Source: Phoronis australis
Taxonomy: Eukaryota > Animalia > Phoronida
Direction of reading: 5' to 3'
Assembly: GCA_002633005.1 (NCBI GenBank)
Contig: NMRA01000167.1
Coordinates: forward strand, 550,460-614,459
Length of the DNA: 64,000 nucleotides
Position 1 is the stretch's first letter; each line of letters starts with the position of its first letter. Below, piece after piece: positions 25,770 to 39,200 of this stretch. The notes below the pieces were generated by a model. The model was given only the letters and a program-made list of their open reading frames with translations. It searched no databases and had not been told where the DNA came from. The translations under genes were made by a program, and so were the position numbers.

Positions 25770-28546
25770 CTTATTGGGTCAGTTCAATTTTGGTGTTGGT
25801 GTAACACAGAAGTGTCACAGTGGAGTGGAGTTCAGTAGCCAAAATTACTTGCTCTTATTGAAAATACACCGCAATGTCTCGCGAAGTCTTGCTTTTCCAG
25901 CTACACATGTAGGTCGTAGCGTTACTGAGCTCTCCCCGGGTGTATTATTTGACTTCCGGTGTAAACGCGAACTTACACTGTTACGCCTGGTGTAGAATAG
26001 CTTTTTGTCTGCTAACTGGAGGCTAATAAGTGTTGGAAATTTCCGCTTGTAATCATCTAAAGTAAGTTGGATATTTGTCTGTGACATTTTCCCTCCGTGC
26101 TGCATAAGATTTAGTTATCCAAGGTGCCTAAGACTCGAGACCCTCTCTTGTTACGGTCTAGAGATACATGTAAGTGTTAAGGCTAACGCTGATGAGTGCT
26201 AGGGTTGTTAATGCGGTTCGGGAAATGAGAATAACCCTCCAAAAGCAAGTCTCTCATGGAGTTTCGTGTTAAAGCAATTTTCAAACTAGGGAATATAACG
26301 AGAACCATATGTAAGCCCTGTCGTTTGAGTTTGTGTAAAACCAGTATACATGAGGTACCCGTTCAAAACACAGTTTTTAAACTGCTCCAGAATAATCGAG
26401 TTGCTTCTGTAAAATGCAAAACATTTTTAGGCCATCACAAGGAATCTTGACTTGCAAATTGTGAAGACAAGTTTGAGCTTGTAAGACCGCTGTGCAGCCG
26501 ATGTAAAGGAAAAAGAAAATCGTTTTCCTACCGAGAATTCACATCACAAAGGAATGCAAATGTGTTTCGATTTAAGACTGACTCACGGTAATCACGGGCT
26601 GTTATTTCGCAATAAAGGCAATTTTTTAAACGGTAGCTTTAGTGCATTCCGTCGCTCGTGGAGTATTCTCCAATCGTATTCGTTTAACTTGATGAGCCCT
26701 TTCAAAGAAAAACCACTTTTAGGTTATATACGTGTAGGATCTTATGACAAGTCTGTGTACTTTGCTGAATATCTGAAAAACCATAAATTTTAACTCAGTA
26801 AAAGTGCATGTTTTTGGGAAAGTAGCAAGCCTGTAGTATTTGGTTTTTGACGTTTTACTGATCTGCCATTCATTAAACCAAGCGATTACGTATTTTTAGC
26901 AAAATTTAGCAAAAAAGAAAGGCGTATTCATTACAAAACAGCTATATTAATAATATGACCAAATTTCGTGAGATATCAATGTTCAAGATTAAATTTCAAG
27001 CAAAGCTGTTACAGGTTTCTAATCTATCATTTCGTTCTTTTTGACTATCTCTTGGTCGATTACAAAATCTAATTTTGTGTTAGCTTCCAACGCAAACGTG
27101 GAACATTTTGAAAACAATCCCTATAACGGCATGTGGGCGAACAGTACATAAAACATACAGTAGGGTCAGAAAGTTTCAGAATAATCCGACTAGCCATTTC
27201 GGAGACATATAGTCCTAAGTCAGCCAAATATGGACATTTTTCTAGGGTTCTACACAATCTTAAGTTGATCAATCGGAAAGAGAAAAGACATTTTGTCATC
27301 GTATTAACTACGTGCACTTTGGTCCGTCACCGACTTATGCTTGGTAGGATTTATCGGAACATACTCCACTGTCAATCTTTTACAGCAACCGGCTACTGAA
27401 ATCTACGCACTCGTTGTTTCTAGGACAGTGAGTTATCGGTGGTTATCGGTAGCTTGTTGCGCCTCCTACATAAACACCGGGCATCAACTGATGCAAAACA
27501 ATACCAAATTACAAGGGAGAATAACCCGTAGGTCACATTTTCGCTTGGGGAAACACGGAGCAGTACTCAGTGACTCCTTAATGAAAACAAAGCTCTTTCT
27601 GGTCATTCAAGAATATGCAAGCTGTCAGTGGCCATGATAACATCACAAATTTAATTTGCGTTGGCCCGACAAGAAAATATAGAAAACTACATTTGAATCG
27701 CGAGTGGTTGAATTTAAACTGCGTTAATAGAGGTGCGGTGCTAAGGTTATGTAGAACCGTCGAAAAAATGACCGAGATTGGAAAACTTTGGAACGTCATA
27801 TCTCAGAAATGGCTGATCAGATTCATATGAAACCTTCAGGCGCCATATTGTACACGTATATACATGTACATGTACTTTTCTCCAAGACCCTGTTAGGAAT
27901 TGTTTGCGAATTGTTCGCTTTTGTATGAGGGGCTATGAAAATAGGAGTATTGTAATTTTTAAATGAAAAGACTCAATAGTGGTATTATACGATAACGAAA
28001 TGATGATTTATAAAACTGAAACAGGTTTTTTGAATTCTCATCTTGTTCATTTATAACAAAACAACTTGGTCGTGTTATCTTTTCCTATGCAGGTACCTTT
28101 GTTTCGTTAAATTTTACAAAAAACACATGGTCACGTGATCGAATTAATAGTAAATTGCTTTTAAGCCAAACAGGAAATTCTACAAGCTATCTACTGCCTG
28201 AAAAGATATATTTTCACACCGCTAACATCGACAGTTTCCTGCATTTTTGGCTAAATACATCGACAAGTCGACAAGGCCCTAAATGACCTGAGCACTTTTA
28301 GTTTTTGCGAGTATTCACCAAAGATCAAAACATTTTTACTGTACACCTGTAGGCTATGTCAACGTAATCATCATCATCCGATTTAAGTGTTTAAGTGTCT
28401 CTTGGTCTATTCATTTTTACTGTTATACACACATGAGACGAAGAGACTTGTCGATAAATTAATACTTCCGGGAAGAGCAAATTACTTGACGTCACCACGC
28501 ATTCAGCTGCATATTTGGGACTCAAATAACTTCGAATGATATGTTC

Positions 28547-28709
28547 CAAAGGAGATCCAGGATTTTTTAAAAGGGGGGGGGTCGGATCAATTATTTTTTA
28601 AAAAAGGGGTCCAAATGAACAATTTGAAAATTCTGGATTTGATATCACTAAAATCGAGGAAAAAGGGATCGGGGTCCGGACCTCTTATTACCCCATGGAT
28701 CCGCCTATG
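28547..28709. mobile_element. MITE (CA(T)AGG(C)GGATCCA-type termini), TSD TGTTC/TGTCC
   Basis: Left CAAAGGAGATCCA, right TGGATCCGCCTATG; flanking repeat matches 4/5. Confidence 0.65.
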
Positions 28710-29212
28710 TGTCCTTAATTTAACAAAGCTGGTGGTATATGGCTAATCTTTTCTTTTCCAACGTATACAACTTACATTCCTTTCATTGCAATAACTTACT
28801 GACCACCTGTACCGTGAAAATATATGTTACCGTAATTACCATAGATCTTTAAATGAACAGACCCTTAAAAATACCAGAGCTAAGCACAATCTCCTTTATT
28901 TGAAAAAACGTTTTTTCGTGATATTCTACTACTGAAATGTTTCGCATATTAGCGCATGCGACTAAACTCCGCGATTAGGCTCAGCTTGAATATTGTAAAA
29001 ATGAACGTAACCCTTGTATTTCACACAGCGTGTGTCGTCAGTGAAAGTTTGGGTGAAATAAAAAGTCAAGAATAGCGTTAAAGGATAAAAATATTTGATT
29101 TTGAAATTTATAATTTTAGCTTGGAAATACAAGACATGTTTAACAATAAACAATTTCTATACGTTACGTAAAAATAGCTTGACTATCAACCATTTTCAAA
29201 AAGGTTTGCTAA

Positions 29213-29282
29213 CAAATCGACTTCTGTCTATACAAATCAACAGTGTACAAATCGACTTCTGTCTATACAAATCAACAGTGTA
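29213..29282. repeat. 35-bp tandem duplication
   Basis: CAAATCGACTTCTGTCTATACAAATCAACAGTGTA x2. Confidence 0.85.
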
Positions 29283-31984
29283 TAAGTCGAGCCCGAAATT
29301 TCTGATTCACTGCGCCTTTATTCGGCGTAACATAATCTGGGCAAGCTCTACTCAAACGTTTCGCATGTAGGCGCATGCGCATAAGCTCTGCAATCCGGAA
29401 CAGCTCTGCCAATGAGGTAAATGCGCCCATGTTGTGAGGATTTACGGTATATTAGACTGCAGCACTAACAACAGTTGCAGAAGGCCTGAGCTGTGTTAAT
29501 CCTTTAACCAACTTTTGACACGAATGTAGATCTACTGACGTTTCAACACACGCTCTTCTTTGGATTTTCACTTTTAAGTAGTAAATATAGCGCAGCCGAC
29601 ACATTATTTACGTCACACCGTTCAGACACCAATACACTTTGATTTCCATTAAAATGTCCAAAATAACTAAATATAACCCTGACCATGTTTTTGCCATTGT
29701 GCCATAAAGACTTATCCAGGGTCTACATTCACTGCTTTGCCATGAAAACGGGCGCGATTTACACTAAGTGTGCTGGGAACCACAGCGGTGCGGACGCCTT
29801 ATACATGTACATTATACAATGTACACGCAAACTTTTCAACTACACTGTAGTGTGCGGTAAGCTTAATTGTGAAAATGACCTGTCACCCAGTTTCAGCTCG
29901 ATAATAGCTTATTAGAACAGTTAAATCACTACTTGTATTTTTCTTGTCAGTTGACTAATTATGTGAAAATTAAGCGACGAATTACTGAAGCGAAGATTTG
30001 TTGTATTAGTTTTTAATTGTCCATTTACAAGAACTGCTCGCATTGGATTAGATACAGTGTGTTGTAAAGAGTGAGGAAGCGGTACATTACGTGTTCATTG
30101 ACTTACGTAGCTATAAGATCGAACACCGACCTGTTCCTTTCCACAGTCAACGATGATGGCTTATAGAACGTGTAACCGCAGCTATGCCTGGGACACCGTT
30201 TCAATACTTGTTTTGAGTCTTTAAATCTTAGAGGATTATCGCCATGACGTCAAACGTCATTGCTAGCTTCAGCAGTTGCAATTTAACGCGAGAAGGTACC
30301 CGGATTGAATCAGAGGGGGGGGGGGGNNNNNNNNNNNNNNNNNNGGGGGGGGGGGGGCAGACACGATCACTTCATCACAACAATGGCCGAGCACAGATAA
30401 AGTTTCTGGACTCTCTTGGATCCCTTTGAGTCCGCTCCCGGTTACCCGTTGTCACAACAAAGTAGGCCTACATGTAGTTCTCAGAACGATCTCGGAAACG
30501 ATACAAAACCTATTACTAATTGGGTTACTGTATAAGATGAGTACAAACCCTAAGGACAATGCAGTATTCGAGACACGTTAATTAATTAACCAAATTTACG
30601 CTTACACAGGCCAATTTATCAAAGAGATGTATTTACGGACTCAGATGTTCCTGTAGAACAAGTTTAGTCTGACAATACCCTACGCGGGTGTTTCTACGGC
30701 CGGCTTCGCTGTAACACGCACTGATCTGTTTGTTTACTCGACTCAGTCTGGTTTGTTATTTACGGATTCAGGGGAGGAGGGTGTGCGACCCCGGTGCACT
30801 GAAAAATTGCCATCGACCTGCAGTTTTACAGGTGTTCAGTAAGCTGATATTTTCCTTTCAAAAATGGTGTGTGCCCCCACTCTCCCGTGCGACATACCTG
30901 ATCTGGCAGTGTTTCTTTACAAGACTGGAACAGATATAAAACATCCACTCTTGTCGTTTCTTTTCAATGATCGCTTCACTCGCGTGTCTTACATTAATCC
31001 CACGAACACATCCGGTATCTCTTAACATCCCGCCAACGACTATCGTATTTTATCAGAATAATATACAAAATCACCGACATAATCACGTTTAACTTCATTT
31101 GGCCAAATGGCGATTACCGTTTCCGGAACATCTGCTAACGCAGACCTGCACCATTTGCTCTGCTGTACAAGAAAGGGTTTTCAAAGGCCTAGAAAAAATG
31201 TGTCAATAACACAAATAGTTTCCATAAACTACACAAACTTCGCCAGTAGGCAGCAAGAATAATTGATAAAAAAAGGTTGCGCTTTATGTCAACTATCAGC
31301 TGTCTGGCCTAAATGCGATTGCGAGACTGGTGAAGCTGACCACAGTAACTTACCAGAAGCCTTTCTTCTCCTGTTAGTAATAATCTACTCATCAACGAAC
31401 GCTTCCACTGTCATATATCACCGCACGACGGCGTACGCTAATCACAGTTGTTTACGATCGAAAGACAACTAATTTGGTTCGTTTTGTGATCACACAAATA
31501 AATAAGTCGTGGTTAAGCAATGCAGATACTCGCCAAGCAGGCTGATCGCAATCTACTAATTGAACGTTTGCAAGAACGTGGTTAGTGCATCTACAGCTAA
31601 AATAATAATCTTTGCTGAGTTTTCAACAGTAGCACAACGAGTAGACAGCTGAAGAATGGTGTCCAAGCATTCCAAATCATTTTTAAAAAGATTGCATGGA
31701 CTCATATGTTGACTTTATCTAGGTTTAGAAATACATGTAAGTGATATTTAATTAAATACGAAGATGGATTTATTTGATGCAATTGAAGTCAATAGGCCGG
31801 ATTAAAAGTGGATTGCCTAACACTCCATCACTGCGGAGGTGGGATAAAAATGTTCCAGATTTTAGTCGTAACGAACCTGGGGAATCAGTGCACAAAACGA
31901 AACGCAGAATAAAATAGAGTTGCTGTGTTAATAAACAATTCTGTTCAACTACTAAAAACAATCAAGCTCAGTAACCAGACGTAC

Positions 31985-32054
31985 CATGGGCGGCACAGCA
32001 CTGAAAAAAAGTGGGAGGCCTATACTCCCAGCCCCCTATGGTGCTCCGCCCATG
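31985..32054. mobile_element. MITE family B copy, 5-bp TSD CGTAC
   Basis: CATGGGCGG...CCGCCCATG; CGTAC at 31980-31984 and 32055-32059. Confidence 0.82.
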
Positions 32055-33040
32055 CGTACTCTCCAACACTATACACAACTTTCTGGGCTTAACTCCCAAA
32101 GTGATACATTGTATTGCTCGTCATTAACATGAACATGTATGTATATGTGTTTATCATGGCGACACGTGCAACACATTTAAAACACTTAACACGGGATTTG
32201 AAAAAACACACCCCAGCCATCGGGCTTATAAATCACTGATTGCAATTACACATAATAGTATGTCAATACATCCTGCAATTGCAAAATGCTTTATGAATAA
32301 AACAGAAAGCTCTCTGATCAAATTAGTCATTAAAATTAAGCTCAACTATATCATAAAAATTAAAAATTGGAATGCATATTCATGGCCCCACTATATAGTT
32401 TTCTACGCAAGTTGTGATATAGAGTACTGAGTGACATACAAAATGATGTTCATCTTGTACAGCAAAAAGACCACATACACCTGTAAGTGACATAACCTAG
32501 TTCCTGATTCAATATTAGTGTACATGTACCTCGTAACCTTTATATCCAATGGAAGAAAAGCAATTGTTCTAACGAATCATTTACAAGTAAGACTCCAAGT
32601 TCAATGCAAGTGTAGTGTGGGCATAAATTGCCTCTCCAAGACACAGATGCAAAATTTGTCTTTTTCATGGGCGTTTCATTCAATTTAGAAGACATAATTT
32701 GCTGTCCAAAACGCACTGAATCAAAGCCCCATCGGGGTTATTTTTATCTGAATCATCAATGGACATTCAATTACTCAGGACATCCACATCAGGCATAAAA
32801 ACACACATATAGCCAATAGGGGCGTTAAGGTCAAGTACAACAAAAAGTGAATGATCATCAGAATTCAGATAGAGCTGAGATATTAGATGGGCGAAAATAC
32901 CAGACTGAATGGCACTCGTATGAACAATTTGACTGTTCCATAAATTTGTGGCTGTGCAAATTCAAATTTCGAGAATCATTCAGCGGAATATTCTTTGGTT
33001 CATGAATGCAACGATTTGCCAGTTCTGTTTAAATGTGTAT

Positions 33041-33229
33041 TCATCTCATCTCATCTTCGAAGACAAATGCCTTTCGCTTTTTCACTTTGGTCTTGCTCCA
33101 GCGTTCAACGTCTCCAATTGTCTCTGGCAGTGGACGTCCCAACGTTTCCGGTAGCAAAAGCACCACTCCACCAGCGACAATTGCAAAGGTCCCAAACAAA
33201 ACACCCGGTAGCCATTTAACATACTTCAT
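33041..33229 (-). CDS. SLC22 terminal coding exon 11 (MKYVKWLP...LLLPETLGRPLPETI...EDEMR*)
   Basis: gtttacAG acceptor at 33232-33230; TGA at 33043-33041; PET motifs. Confidence 0.95.
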   Translation of the reverse strand: MKYVKWLPGVLFGTFAIVAGGVVLLLPETLGRPLPETIGDVERWSKTKVKKRKAFVFEDEMR

Positions 33230-36200
33230 CTGTAAACAGCAAACACAAGTTTGAATTTCCTTTCCACTAAACGGGTTTCACGGTTCCATTGAGCCAGTGA
33301 AAGTTTTGAGAATAAAAGCATAGGGCACGAATTTTTGGCAGAACAGTCGGTAGGCGAGTCGGAGACCGGTTGATCACACGTACGACTTCGATCATACAAG
33401 CAACGTTTGCGCGTCAGCAATTACGAGTATGGCAGTATTACAATACTTAAACGGTATGTACTTTTCGAATCGAGGATCATTTATGAAGAAGCAATTACTA
33501 CAAGTGCGTGCCTGTCGAATGCGATATGCTGTGAACTTAAGTTAAATCTGATACAATCATTTCAACTGCATTGGTATGTCCCCAGTGTCCACATCGCCCT
33601 ACGAACTTCAGAAAACAAAACCTATTGTTTCTGTCCAGGCAGCGTAAACGATTTTTTGAAAACGCGATCCATGGTATTCGCGTGAGCATACAAAAACATA
33701 GCTTTTTGAAAAAGCCACGATCGTGCTCATGCAGACGCAGAATATTTAAAAAGGGACCCATAAATGGTTCGGTTTTCAAAGCGAAAACGAAACCGTGTGG
33801 GCAGAATCTCAAACTAAAAAAAGGACCGGGCCTGTTAGGTCAAGTCGACAGCCGGAAATCGACAGCAAAGACTGTCTCCTGTTCAGTAACGCAAGGACCT
33901 CGCTAAAAAGCAAGACTGCGCGAGATTACGTGAGATATTGCCATGTATTTTAAATGAGATCACGTGACTTTGGCTAGAGTTAGCTAGGTCCTAGCGTAGG
34001 TCCTAGTGTTACTGAACGCATGCCTGGTCTTCATGGTATTGAAAGTGTGACAGCAAATTAAGCTACAAACGGCCTATTGTTGGTTGGAGTCGAGGCCTTT
34101 TCGCAACCTCCGCATTCGTTGTATGATAAGTACGGCAATTCTCAACTTATTTCGAAGTCCTTCCATAGGAATGTTGGAGCATACAAGTTGGAGTTACGGT
34201 AGAATTTTTCGTTGACAGATCGTGTGTAAAACATTTTGGTGTGAAATGAACATTCTGTTAGGATAATTTGTTCCACTTCTTGCTTCTAATTTGGCACAAA
34301 ATTATATTATCTTGGCAGAGGCTCACGCGACAATCATAATAATCCGGAAGGATTTTATCACCAAAGTTTTGTTTCATGAAATTAATAGCGATTAACGTGT
34401 AAGTAATGAATTTAAGTTACCGTAAGCGACTCGTCTGATTGGATGGAATTTGAGCAACAGCACTTAAAACACTTCCACGAAAAAAATCAGAAGATTTCAA
34501 AGTATTGCTTTAATTAGTTAAAGACACGTACTTTGTTTCAACAATTTTCAACGCAAAATGAAGAGTAAAGCTTGGACACTTGCACAAAAACATGGTTCCC
34601 GCGAAACTTGACCAGGAATGATCAATTTTGTTTAAATGTAAATTACGAGCGATATTTTGTCGAAAAATTAATCTCCTCGTCAACCTGGTCAACCTAACGT
34701 TATGACTAAAATAGGAACACTGACGGCCCTGTAAGTGGTTGCCTCATTGATTATCCGTTTTCCATGTTTGAAGTTGTTAGTTTTTTAAAGATTTCAAGTA
34801 ACACGAATTGGACGGATCATCTTTTGAACTTAAAGCTGATTCCACACGGTGTGATTTTCTGATAAAATTTGTTGCAATGGGATTCTGCAGGGTCATTTCA
34901 TATCACTAAAGTTTTATTGCGCTGTGACAACTCCTCATCGAAAAAAAACGCTAAATTCTGGATTACTAAATATAATTTGTAAATGGCGACGAGTGGTGGC
35001 GCTAATGAAGTTCTCATTTTCTTTGTGGATTTTGTTCGTTACAGAGCAGGAGACAGCAGGAAATAAGGCCGATATTCGAACACTGAATTTCGGAGAAAAA
35101 TTCAACCGTGTTGAACATCATTTACCCCTGGTAAAAGTACGACTGGATTGTTCTGCTTATAGTCTCACATGTATGAAACGAAAACGTACGGATATAAACA
35201 GTCTAATGTTGCGCATTACAAATGTGATAAAAGAGCCACTCACAACATGGGCTGCAAACGGAGCCAGGATACTTCCTATCCGAGAGATAGTAAGGCAGGA
35301 GGCATACGTGACAGTCCTGAAAAATGACCGTAAATGAAAAATAGTTAAAACTGCATCAAATACACTGTACACTAAACATTTTGGTAATTTGAATGGGCGC
35401 TCATTTAGAGCGACTTACATGTAAGAAGTCACACCTGTATTCATGCCTTGCACTGCACAGTAAAAACTTATAGTCGTACAGATAAATTTACAATAAAATG
35501 AATTACAGTGGTATGCTGGCTGATTCAGAGCAGATAAAGACGTGTTGTGGGCGGCCTCAATCAAAGTCCCTCCGTCTGCAGCGCTAATTAGGTTAAACAG
35601 AATTGGCGAACTTCGAATTAAAATAATCGTTAACGGGAGTGAATCTTTCCGTTTAAGCTATCTGTGAACAATATGTTTAATCCATCGTTCTGTCATGTGT
35701 AATTACGAATGACATATGAAAGATCCTATCAGAAAACACGAGTAAAGCAATGGTTTTGAAGGGTGGCGCTTCATGAAGCGTTAAAAGGAGTAGGACGTAC
35801 GGTCCCGAATTAATCCGCTTTGTCCTTGAGGTAGTAAAACGCCTTATTACATTGGCCTGCTGTCAGAAAAGTCGGGCTAATTATAGGAATCATGTCGGAA
35901 AATATGGCATAAATGTATATCTATCAAACTTCTTTCTGCCTCAATAGCAGCCCACAGCATAGTATTAAAAACTTCGATGGCATTCGAAGGTCAAATACAG
36001 TCAATGCAGTCGAGAAGCAACAGAGCACCAACAAATGAGACCAGAAACTTCTATGTCGCGAACACGAGACTAGAAGGTCGCTTGACGGATGTTGCTGCTT
36101 TGTGAGTAAATGCCGTCCTATTCAATTGTGTCTGTGTAATCTGGAACCTTATTGATGCCCCNCCCCCCCCCCCCCCCCCCCTAGGAAGCCACAGGTATCC

Positions 36201-39200
36201 GTGTCTTGTCTGGGGTCTTAGAAAGTGATGTACCTAAACATGAATTGTACGTATAACGATCAAGTAGGCCGATTGTTGAATTGCGCATACGAGTAACTTT
36301 TATGTACACAAAAACTCACATGATCCAGGCAATCAACAAGATTACGTACCTTACTACAGTGTATGACACGTGTAGTGTTGATCTAGTGCGAAAGCTTATT
36401 TGGTTTAAAGCCCAACTTCAATGGAATTTTGTTATTTTAGTGTATTTTGCTAACCAAATAGTCCTAGTCTTAGTAAAATACGAAAACGCGAGTTCAATCA
36501 CGCAAATGTAAGCCCGTGAAATGATAAGTGAAGCTGCCTTTTCGTGCCATGTTGCGTCACCGCGAGATGCCAGCACAAACAGAATAAGGCCGATAACAGT
36601 TGTATTGAATAGCGGTCTGAATAGAACGCCACTGCGTGCGGGTGTTATTTGCAGCTGTTTGAATTAAAAGGTGATTTTCGCGGCGACTTAGACAAAAGCA
36701 AGCCAATATGCCAAACAGTTCATTACATTTGGCGGCAATTTATGACACTAGTGGACTCAGAGCGATGCTCTTAACATACTGCAGGAACCAAATTTACAGG
36801 TGATACCGTTCAAGAGGGGCTTTGAGCTGCTAAAAACCAGGGTAGAGTTCAGCATCGCTAGGACTGACCTCGCTAAAAAGCAAGACTTCGCGAGATTACG
36901 CGAGATTTCGGTGTCAAATGAGAGCACGTGAGTTTGGGCTAGATTTTAGCGATGCCCTAGCGTGTTGCTGCTTCGAGTCACATATTGCTTCCTCGGGCCC
37001 CCTAAGGCACTGTATCAAAATTTACAGTCCTTAATAAATTTCTTCCTGCAGTCGGTGAAGTATACATCCACCTGGTCGACACCATTTTCACTACCATCCT
37101 GACTCATCACATTGCCAATCCCCCGTTGCTTGATATCTTATCCCTGATCACCAAACTTACATCCTCCCAGTCGACGCATCTTCCAAACTATTTTCGTGGA
37201 GACGTTGGACCTATGACGTGTGCGGGGCCTTAACCTACCATAGCGTATTAAACTTAAAGGAGAATTTCGTTTTCAGATTGGAAGTAATTTCTACGCCTGG
37301 GAAGGACTCAAAATTTATTTTGCTTCGGACCCAACAGGTGTCACTTTATCTCCGCACCAGTCTCCTCTGCCGATATAAACGTGTATGATACACATCATGA
37401 ACTTTACGCGGAGAAGAACTGAAATTACATTAAGGCTAGACACATACTGAAAAAGGAAGAAGTACTTAGACACAACAATATTTTCTATAATTCTGTTAAC
37501 CGCGTTAACTAGTTACATTAAGGCTAGACACATACCGTAAAAGGAAGAAGTACGTAGACACAATATTTCCTGTTAACCGCGGTAACTAGTTATTAGGAAA
37601 AACTATTAATTACAGAATGGTTTAGCCACCTTACTAATTTCCTTGTTAATTCTCCTTCATTCTCGGTCATGAAGGAAGACTACATGTACCATGACGTTGA
37701 ATTCGGCTTCCACTCAAAAGTCATGACGGGAAGTCTGGGTCATTTTGTCTGAATACTTTTGGATTGTAGTGAAAATGTGTCCTCATTTACCGTAATGTCC
37801 CGACATAGATTAAGGAAAACATCGAATAAGCAACTGCAGAAGATTAAAGTAAACTAGACAGACTTCGGCAAAAGTTTTGCACCTTGTCGCTAACTACATG
37901 TGAGGTCCTGCGGAGTCCCATTTCGAAAAAATGCTTGCGTGAAGCAACATCTGTTAAGATTTTGGAGAAATTTAGACAGAATTGAAAAACTCTAGTTATT
38001 GTGCGTCAAAACTAGTGCACTCATATATGTACGCTGGGCCCCGCAACTCTAATCTAACACTGGCCGCTCGGAAGCCAATCACGAGCATTACATGTACCAC
38101 CTGTCACAGCGCCACCTATACGAAAACTTGAAACACAAGGAAAGAGTACATATTTATCTGTGATGTGAAATTCTTACCGGATGTTGGTCGGAAAAAGCTC
38201 AGATGTGTAAACTATAACAATAGAATACGAAGTGGTGATGGCCAACTTCCCTAAAGCTCCCATTATGGTAGTCAATGTCGATAAAATGGATGTTTGACCT
38301 AAAACAATATACAGAAAAATATTTTAAATCCTACAAACGAATACACCTTGTGCTAAATCAATATAATTGAACATTTAAGAAACAGATCAATTTCTAGTCC
38401 GCTGCACTTAGGAAAGGATCTCCACAACCTCCAACAGTAATGCCGTCTCCTTCATTTTTTTCTTTGTAGGCATCAGTGGCCAGAGGGAGCCCCTAAATCT
38501 GAGCCTGTGGCATTTTTCCATTGGTCTCTAGTGAATACATGTACAGTATACATCTTCACACTGTGCTTGTACCAAAACGCAGTGAATATAGAAAATGATT
38601 CTACATTGTGTTTCACTTACCCCAAACGTAGTGATGCAATCAATAACTGATGAGATTGTTTTTCTGTGTTTCAGTTTGCCCTCTAGTGGCGAGCTTTAAA
38701 TTATTGTTGTGGGGGGGGGGGCTTATTTCAACGTTGATGGCACAGATGGGGTGGATTGACCTGCTTTTGTCAACTGTCTATTCTTCAGGATAATGGTACT
38801 AGCTGAAACTACTTCTGTATGGCGACTACCATTTTTGAACAGAGCTCGATTCACTCTGCCCCACACTCGGCTGATCGGTCGAGAGGTACGTGTAATACAA
38901 TTCTGAAATATCATGGTCCAAAGTCCAAGTTCTACAGTTCCTTACCTCTTGGGATGAAAGCCGTAGCTAGAAGGAATGCGCCTGCCGCCCCTTGGAAACT
39001 GAAGAGGGTCCAACGTCTAGAAAATCTATGATGGAATGGGACCCTGGTTACTACAGTGTACAATGTAGTTACGATGAGGAACAATTAATAATATATTCGT
39101 GGCAAGTGGAGTCTTCCACCCATTGAATTATGCGTTTTCCTCCGTGCAAACTAGTGTAAATGTCGTAGACTGGAAGAAGTATTAGAGCAAATATCAAATA

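Noticed and set aside
26185-26230. CTGATGA hammerhead core (also at about 17144, 21748 and 38648)
   Set aside because: No properly stemmed GAAA partner at any of these sites.
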